A stretch of DNA of 33,000 bases from contig OZ176055.1 of NCBI GenBank assembly GCA_964247055.1, forward strand, positions 5,115,001 to 5,148,000. Direction: 5' to 3'. A program made the position numbers and the translations under genes. Source of the DNA: Paragordius varius. Taxonomy: Eukaryota; Animalia; Nematomorpha. Under the pieces are notes generated by a model that was given only the letters and a program-made list of their open reading frames with translations, searched no databases and was not told the origin of the DNA. Positions 24,831-33,000 of this stretch are shown here, piece after piece; the stretch's first letter is position 1; each line of letters starts with the position of its first letter.

Positions 24831-24858
24831 ATAAAGTTAACACAAATATATAAACAAA

Positions 24859-25567
24859 TCTATATATTTATAAAAATGGAAAATGCTGGCTTTGTGATCT
24901 GGTACAGGAAAACCGGTAGACCCATTTAAATCCAAACTTAGAAAAAATATAATCATTAATGAATGCCCCGACAATAGCTTGGCCCTTTTTTGGAATTAGG
25001 TCCCCAGTTCGGGCCCACCCCGTGTAAAAAATGGGTTAAGTCAATTTTATGGAGAACGTGTTGGACCATTCAATTTCAAATATGATTTTTGTTTACTTAT
25101 TTTTGATCGCGTTGAACATAGTCTACTCACTTTTTTGATTTAGGCCCTCTTTTTACCCGCTACCCCCGTAAAATGCCATTTTTTTCAAAAAAAAACAAAG
25201 TCCACAAAAATAATTTTTGATTGTATTTTTTTGCCCAAGGTATGAGACTGAAGGTTTTTTTGTATTACCTGTTAAAAGGCAAAAATTTTAGTCAAGCGTT
25301 TCTTTGATGATTCCTGCTGAGTAAGGAGTTTCTATCATATGTATAAATATTTTTTTAAATCTATTTTTCCCTCAAGTAAACAATCAATGTATGAATTCAC
25401 CGTTTTATAATTCCTATGAGATCATAGCTATTAAATAATTTTTCGAAATAATCCACAAATGTGGATGATTTTAGTGTCCCTTTTTTCAAATAAGCCTCCC
25501 ACCCCCTTCCCCTCCAGAAGTCCGAAGGACTTCCTCGGGCTGCGCAGCAGCACGAGATTTACGCTAG
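24859..25567 (+). mobile_element. Non-autonomous Helitron
   Basis: A|TCTATATATTTATAAAAATG 5' end; 3' hairpin CTCGGGCTGC-GCA-GCAGCACGAG (25534-25556), 7-nt spacer, CTAG|T; inserted between A and T with no TSD. Confidence 0.9.
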
Positions 25568-25656
25568 TAAGCAATAAATTTATTATCATCCAACAGATTA
25601 TTTAACGTATTATATAAATGTAACAATATTCAAACAAGAATCGTAAAACAATAAAA

Positions 25657-25718
25657 CAGTGGACCCTCTCCTCTTCCTTAATGACCGCGATTGTGGATAA
25701 TAACAGAAGGGTCCATTA
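25657..25718. mobile_element. Tiny pogo/Tc1-like MITE remnant
   Basis: CAGTGGACCCTCT ... AGAAGGGTCCATTA inverted ends. Confidence 0.45.
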
Positions 25719-25780
25719 TAGGCATTCAAATATAAAAATTAATAATTTTAAGCAAAATATAACTAATATTTTATTATATA

Positions 25781-25968
25781 CCATTTTTCAGTCAAAAGTA
25801 ACATTTTTTCAAGGAAACGCAATATGTCCAACAACATTTGTCTTTGCTTGATATTGTGTTTGCTTGAAAAACTGTTGCGCTTGTTTGAAAAAATGTTGCA
25901 CTTGCTTGAAAAATATTGCGGCTGCTTGAAAAAATGTTGCGTTTGGTGTTGCTTTTGACTAAAAATGG
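25781..25968. mobile_element. Tc1/mariner-type MITE with internal minisatellite
   Basis: TA|CCATTTTTCAGTCAAAAG ... CTTTTGACTAAAAATGG|TA; 4-5 copies of TTGCTTGAAAAAATGTTGCG. Confidence 0.85.
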
Positions 25969-26099
25969 TATAATATATAATAAATAATATTCAAAAAAAT
26001 TATTTTTTTAAAAAATAATAAGAAATTAGAAAAAATGATATTTAATTTTTTATCATTATCTCATTTAAATAGTTTCATATACTTACAATCTGAATTTCC

Positions 26100-26330
26100 T
26101 CAAAATTTAACAATTGTCATTTAAAAATTTGGGTCTGAAAAGGTGCATGATGATGGGACTGAGCTATTTATTTTATTCAAGCTGTGTTTTTCAAAAAAAT
26201 CATATGAGAGGAGGTCAATATCAGGTTTATAGAAATCCTTTTGCGTGTAACATTTATCATTAGAAAAAACGGCAATAGATAGCAAAAATTTGTTTCTGAA
26301 AGCATATCCACTGGTTAAAAAGCACAATAT
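26100..26330 (+). mobile_element. Possible CR1/L2 3' remnant
   Basis: ELFILFKL..., NHMRGGQYQVY resembles DL..FK / TRGH.YKL. Confidence 0.3.
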
Positions 26331-26620
26331 TATTTAATTATTTTTATATACATATAAAATAGGTGAAAATATACTTGCTTTTGAATAATTGAATTGGAAT
26401 ATATCGAATCGCTAACCATATAAGACTATGTAAGCACCAAAAGAATATCGCCTTTTAACCGAGCTCATAATCCTTTGGTGCCAAAATAGTATTAGGTATT
26501 GTAAAATATTTCTGAAACATTGTTTAAAATGATTCCCTATTGAATTGCTAATGTAATGCATTATTAATATGTATTTATAATTTTTTTCCAATATTCCGGA
26601 ACTCTTTTAATGTTTTTAAG

Positions 26621-27040
26621 GAAATTTGTTTAATTGCATTTTACAATCAATAAATACTGATGTGAATAACCTGAACAGCATTTGTAAGTCATTCGTCAAA
26701 GTCATTACATTATTTATAAATTAAGGAATGTGTGCTTAATGACCGTTGGCAAAATCGAATTAACAAAACGACGTCATGGGAAATGGGGTAAAGCGTGTAA
26801 TTAGTAGGGCGCTTTTTTGTTTTTAGTTAAAGAGGCTGTGTCATATTTTTAATTATATTATATTATTATGGTTTGAATATAATCTTAGTTAAATTTATGA
26901 ATTTAATGTTATTATATCCCCCAAACGATTGTTGTTATAGTTCCATTTTTCTAATTTTGTATATATATCATAGTATCAAAAACTTTACGAAAAACGGAGT
27001 TTCTCTTTATAATATTTCACAGTGCACACAAAAATATCTT

Positions 27041-27091
<51 letters not shown>

Positions 27092-27141
27092 TAGATAGTA
27101 TCAGGATTCTCGAGTAATAGAAATTTAATACCGCTTTTGTG
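26621..27141 (+). other. Candidate exons of an unidentified (possibly pseudogenised) gene
   Basis: Four phase-compatible GT-AG exons 26621-26700, 26726-26787, 26941-27040, 27095-27141, including a 25-nt intron; weak likeness to class C GPCR TM5-TM6 (GVSLYNI). Confidence 0.25.
27044..27084. repeat. (TA)n microsatellite
   Basis: Seen directly. Confidence 0.95.
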
Positions 27142-27270
27142 GTATCGTGATATTTGTGCACATTTTGCTTATGAATTTTTTTGGTGAAACCCAAATGCTT
27201 TATTCCAAAAAACACTAAAGATTATCCTAACTTATGTGTAAAAAGCAAAATATTTTTGTAAAATTTATTA

Positions 27271-28430
27271 GATGTGGGCTCCAAATCACATAGGCTAGAT
27301 CATGGCATCAAAAAAATATTAAAAAATGCATAATTTGTTTCAAAATTCAATTTTTGGCATAATTTTATTGTGGCGTTTTATGAGCGAGGATGCTACACAT
27401 TTCTACTGCCTCATAAATTAAATTTAAGGGTTAGTTTGCCCTCAAATTTCGGTGATTTTTGTAAAAACACAATGTTATAATAAAATTTAAGAACAAAGGT
27501 TACCAATGAGATGAAAGAAATGTTCAGCATCTTCGAATTATATATTAAGTATTTTTACATAATCTTGAACTGTTTTTCTACGTTTTTACATGCTCAAATA
27601 CCTTAAAATACGGTTATAAAATTTTTCCACAAAGTTAAATTTTTACATAAAGAATTCATTCAAGAATATATTTTTAGATGTCATAATCTAACATATATGA
27701 AAAAATCCTATCGATCCCGGCATTTTTGTAATATTTTATGAATAGCTCACTCTTCATAGGGCCAAACACTTGAGATTTTCAAAACCCACATGTAAAATAT
27801 AATTTAAATTTAATTTTTGTTTGTATGTAGAATGATATATTTTAGTCATATTTTTTTGAACAAAGCAATTAGCTCTCACCAAAAAAATCATTAAGCAAAT
27901 GCGTACTTGCCATTTTCTGATATGGAGCAGTTACCACAAAATATAACTAATTTAACTCCTAGGTTTAAAATCAAAAGCAACGTGAGAATTCTGATACATT
28001 TTTTTTCAATAGATATTTTTCAGATGGAAAATTTTTTTAGATCGCGATTTTATGCACAGTATTATGCTAAGCATTTCTTGCTTCAGATTTTTAAAAATAG
28101 TTCGTATTCAAATTTAAGGTTAATAATTTGTTATCCACAAATTTACTTAAATTCAATATGAATAAACGCTTTAAATCAAAGTATGTGGTGATACAAATGT
28201 TTAGCCTATTCAAATTATAAGAGTTAAAACTGTTTTAATACAATTTCTATAATCCTTCAAAAAACCATATATACGCTTAGACAAATTTATATTTTTTTAA
28301 TTAGTATAATTTTTTTGATATCATAATATATTAGCATATATTCAAAATTATTATCGCACAATCTCGGTTTTGCATTTATTTTAAGATATAAATAGCTCAT
28401 TTAAGAGGAATCATTAGACTTGGCCCCATC
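27271..28430. mobile_element. Non-autonomous DNA element with GATGTGGG-type ends (relatives start at about 28764 and 32719)
   Basis: TA|GATGTGGGCTCCAAATC ... GACTTGGCCCCATC|TA; the internal ATCCCGGCATTT-like motif recurs at about 20012, 27713, 28830 (rc) and 32785 (rc). Confidence 0.55.
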
Positions 28431-29358
28431 TAAAAATTATTTGATAAAATGTTGTTTTTAATATAAAGTTCATAATATTTTTTTTATGGTATTTTTGGGA
28501 ATCGGGCCTTTACACAGTATGCACAAAAATAAATATCCGGATGAAATATATATACTCTGATAGAATGTGCCATGCTTTTGGTTTGGTCCCTCAGAATTAA
28601 ATTATTACTTTGTGGTAACTGCTGGAGGAAATAACGAAATATGAGCACATTTTGCTAAATAAAATTTTTTGGTTGAAAGCTAAATGCTTCATACTAAAAA
28701 ATATTACTTAAATATATTATAAACTACAATTGAAAACCAATTATTATAAAATATCAAATTTTAGACGTGGGTCCGAGCTCAGATTTTAAACCCGTCTAAA
28801 ATGGGCAAGTACCCTTATAAAGGCAAAAAAGCCGGGATTGCACAATAAAAATTAAAAGTTTTCTTCAAAAAAGTGGGCATTTTGCTTAAACTTTAGTTTA
28901 TAGCAAAATTTTGGTGAAGCGATTTTTATGGCATTTTGCGTAGAGGAAACGATAAACACCTATGATATTATTTTAAAAACTTTTCTAATTATCTAATCAT
29001 GATGAAGATTTCTATTACCTCAGAAAATTAATTTGAAGGTTCGTTTGCTTTAAACAAATAATAACCTATATTTGACAATAATTTGAAAATAAAAATTTTC
29101 AGCAAATTATATAAGCGTTTTTATGCCGTTTTCCTCATTCCACAAATATAATCAAGTATGTTTCAAATTTTGCCAAAAATTAAATTTTTAAAGTATGCTA
29201 TTTAAAATTATGTTTTTAAATGCCATATTCTTGCTATATTAAAATTTTTTATTGCCAAACGGAATTTTTACGTTCATTTTGAGGGAAGCCTATTTTAGGA
29301 GGGCGAAAAAATTTGGGAATTGAGCCGCCTATATCAATTATATTTTTATTAAAATATT

Positions 29359-30373
29359 GGGTCGGGTGATAAAAAAATTTTTTTGACTTGACTTGCAAGT
29401 TTTTCAAGTCATGGCTTGCTTTCATGTGATAAAAAAAATTTAACATTACACGACTTAAGTCAAGCAAGAAAACTTGATAAGGAGGTGATAAAAAATCATA
29501 TGATCAAGTAAAACTTAAAGATTTTGCAAGTGTGGTGTTGGGCACACTTGACAGATTTAAAAATATGGATAAAATTATTTTGGAAACTATTTTTGTATAA
29601 AATTTAGGTTTTATATGTAATTAAAACCTTTGTTAATGCTATAAGTTGTTAATTTTATAAACTTTGGCTAATTAATTTATTCATTGGGTGGATATAAAAG
29701 AGGATAAATTTATAGAAAAACTCTGCTAATATTTAATAACATATCATATAAAAATATGCTAAATACATCAATTCCGTGACCGCAAAAAAAATTGGATTCT
29801 CGAAAATTTAAAATTAATAATTAAATATTAATCTTGTAAAATTTTAAATCTTTATTAGCAAAACTTCACTATTAACTAATGTAAAGAATTTATTTCATCA
29901 TAAATTTATTTCGAATGTAATGTTTTAATCAATTAAAAATAATTATGTTATATTGTATCAACATCTCATTATATATGCAAAAATAAAAGTAGTGTGGTAA
30001 AATAATGGAAAGTGTTTTAAGGGCGAATGGTTTCATCAATCTAAAAATTATTACCAGGCTCACAATTTAGAAAACTCTATATATTAAATAAGATACGTGC
30101 CAGTGAGTTTAAAAAACTTCAATAAATGCATATTGTATTAATTGTTTATCTTTTTGTGCCTTATTTCATAAAATTTGGTTGAAAATGATCAAAAAAGTTT
30201 CCATAAAATTCGAATTGGGTGGCAAAAAACTGTTACATTCATAAGCAAAAGACTTGACTTAAGTGTTTTTTTTATCACCGATCTTCAAGTGTACACTTGC
30301 TGCCTTAAGTAATCTTGCTCAACTTGCCACGCTTGGCTTACAAGTCAAGTGCGACTTTTTTATCACCCGACCC
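29359..30373 (+). mobile_element. ~1-kb MITE copy A (PIF/Harbinger-like, PHIS group)
   Basis: TIR GGGTCGGGTGATAAAAAA perfect at both ends; 3-bp TSD ATT; subterminal GACTTG/CAAGTC repeats. Confidence 0.9.
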
Positions 30374-30700
30374 ATTGTGTTACATTTTAAATATATAATA
30401 TCAATTTTTAATGATATTTTTTGGAATAAAGCATTTAACTTTTATGTGCGATAACTTTGAGATTTTAGGACATAAAAAATAATTTAATGACTATGTATAT
30501 TTTGATAGGAAAATGCAGGATTATGTTGGTGCTTTTAGTTTTACGAATGAGATAAGAAAGTTAATGACTCTTTTGTAAGTGCTCTATACAATGGTAAAAT
30601 TTGCGCACCTTTTTATAAAAAAATTATTTTGGTGGATGCTAGGGCTTCATTCCAAAAAATATCATAAAAATTATAAACTAGATATAAAAAGAAAAACAAT

Positions 30701-31690
30701 GGGTGGGGTGGTATAAAATTTTTTCTGACTTGCAAGTTTTTCAAGTCATGGCTTCCTTTCATCTGATGAAAAAAATTTAACATTAGACGACTTAAGTCAA
30801 CCATGAAAATTTGATTCGGAGGTGATAAAAAATCATATGATCAAATAAAACTTATAAATTTTGCAAGTGTGGTGTAGGACACACTTTACAGATTTAAAAA
30901 TATGGATAAAATTGTATGTAATTTAGGCATTATATGTAATTAAAACCTTTGTTAATGATATAAATTGTTTATTTAATAAATTTTGGCGAATTCTATTCGA
31001 ATTGGGTGGATACAAAAGAGGATAAATTTTTAGAAAAACTCTGCTTATATTTAGGATCAATAATAAAAATATGCTAAATATATAAATTCCGTGAACCCGC
31101 AAAAAAATTGATTCTCGAAAATATTTTAAAATTAATAATTAAATACTAATCTTGTTTAAAATTTTCACATCCTGTTCATAAAATAATAAACGCCAAAGTG
31201 CACCTGTAAAGAGTTTATATCATCATAAATTTATTTCAAATGTAATGTTGATAATCAATCTAATATGTTATATTGTATAAACATCTTCCCATTATATTTG
31301 CAAATGGGCTCCAAATGAGAGTGTTTAAGGATAGAGAGTGATTTAAGGACGAATGGTATCATCAACTAAAAAGTTATTACCAGGCTCAATATTTAGAAAA
31401 ATTTATAATATTAAATAAACTACGTACCTGAGTTTGAAAAACGTCAATAAATGCAGATTGTATTGTTTATCTTTTTGTGACTTATTTGATAAATTTTGGC
31501 TGAAAATAACAAAAAAATTTCAGTAAAATTCTAATTGGGTGGCAAAAAATGTTACATTCATAAGCAAAAGACTTGACTTCAGTGCTTTTTATCACCGATC
31601 TTCAAATTTACACTTTCTAGCTTAGGTAAACTTGCTCAACTTGCCACGCTTGACTTAGAAATCAAGTGACTCTTTTTTCACTCCCCACCT
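30701..31690 (+). mobile_element. ~1-kb MITE copy B (more diverged)
   Basis: Colinear with copy A throughout; degenerate TIRs; followed by poly-C and poly-A. Confidence 0.88.
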
Positions 31691-31734
31691 TCCCCCCCCC
31701 CCCCAAAAAAAAAATATTTTCAAAAGAAAATAAT

Positions 31735-32710
31735 GGGTGGGGTGATAAAAAAGTCGCACTTGACTTGTAAGTCAAGCATGGCAAGTTGAGCAAGTTTACT
31801 TAAGCCAGCAACTGTACACTTGAAGATCGGTGATAAAAAAACACTTAAGTCAAGTCTTTTGCTTATGAATGTAACATTTTTTTGCCACCTGATTCGAATT
31901 TTACAGAAATTATTTTGATCATTTTCAGCCATAATTTATGAAAGGAACAAAAAGATAATTAATACAATATGCATTTATTGACGTTTTTCAAAACTGGCAA
32001 GTATCCTATTTAAGATATAGAATTTTTTAAATATTGAGCCTGCTAATAATTAGATTGATACCATTCGCCCTTAAAACACTTTCCATTTTTATCACACTAC
32101 ATTTTTTTTGGAGTCCATTTGCAAATATAATGGGAATATGTTTATACTAGTCGAAATAAATTTATGATGAAATAAATTCTTTACGTTGGATAATAGTGAA
32201 GTAACCTTTTGCTTTTAATAAACGAAGATTTGAAATTTTACAAGATTAATATTTAATTATTATTTTTAAGAAATTTCCAGAATCCAATTTTTGCGGTTAC
32301 GGAATTGATATATTTAGCACATTTTTATATGCCATGTTATTAAATATTACAAAGTTTTTCAATAAATTTATCCTCTTTTGTATCCACCCAATGGATAGAT
32401 TGCCAAAATTTATCAAATTAACAATTTATAGCATTAACAAAGGTTTGAATTACATATAAAACCTAAATTTTATACATAAATAGTTTCCAGGATAATTTTA
32501 TCCATATTTTTAAATCTGTCAAGTGTGCCCTACACCACACTTGCAAAATCTATAAGTTTTACTTGATCATATGATTTTTTATCACCTCCTTATCAAGTTT
32601 TCTTGCTTTACTTAAGTCGTGTAATGTTAAATTTTTTTATCACATGAAAGCAAGCCATGACTCAAAAAACTTGTAAGTCAAGTCAAAAAGAATTTTTTAT
32701 CACCCGACCC
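31735..32710 (-). mobile_element. ~1-kb MITE copy C (inverted)
   Basis: Reverse complement of A and B; TIRs GGGTGGGGTGATAAAAAA / TTTTTTATCACCCGACCC; TSD AAT. Confidence 0.9.
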
Positions 32711-33000
32711 AATATTTAGATGTGGGCTCTCAAAGGAACATTTTTTGCTATTTTAAAATGAGCTAGTCCTCTTAAAAATCCGAAAATGCCAGGATCGCGC
32801 AATGAAATTTTCAAAATGCTAAATTTTAATACCAAGTAAAAATATTTTTTAAAAAGGACCTACTTTTTTAAAAAATTTAATTTTTAGCAATTGTTGAAGC
32901 GTGCTTCATACTATTTTAAGTCATGTTGGAAACGGTTGCAAAACGCTTTAAAACATTCTAAAAACACTTTTTCTATATCATTCAATGATGATGAACCTTT

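Noticed and set aside
25840-25945. CRISPR-like appearance of short repeats
   Set aside because: No unique spacers, eukaryotic context, and the repeats lie inside MITE TIRs
26121-26327. 68-aa minus-strand ORF as the terminal exon of another gene
   Set aside because: No consistent upstream exon chain; the + strand looks more like a LINE 3' remnant
29249-31932. Four similar short ORFs (29249, 30263, 30613, 31720)
   Set aside because: They are translations of the repeated MITE ends
1-33000. Ciliate origin or TAA/TAG-to-Gln recoding to explain the tiny introns and stops
   Set aside because: About 690 TTC27 codons and about 870 RTE codons contain no in-frame TAA/TAG; stops occur only in introns or decayed TEs

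Overview
Very AT-rich eukaryotic DNA (standard genetic code, probably a parasitic invertebrate such as a myxozoan, inferred from the intron sizes), mostly transposon debris. The ORF track hides one host gene on the minus strand: a TTC27/EMW1-like TPR protein of about 690 aa in about 14 exons (about 18290 down to 1921). Its introns fall into two size classes: seven GT-AG micro-introns of 21-26 nt and six transposon-filled introns of 0.7-5 kb (the last is tentative). Mobile elements include a decayed Buster/Charlie-type hAT transposase, a nearly intact RTE LINE with one late frameshift, and two non-autonomous Helitrons. There are also several hAT, Tc1/mariner and piggyBac MITEs, three clustered copies of a ~1 kb PHIS-like MITE, and many decayed LINE and LTR fragments. 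Most notable: the micro-intron system (every 3n micro-intron carries an in-frame stop), a Helitron 5' end that forms a TTC27 splice acceptor, and a hAT leader built from tandem units that each contain a 22-nt GT-AG segment. All homology calls come from hand translation and remembered family motifs; no database search was run.
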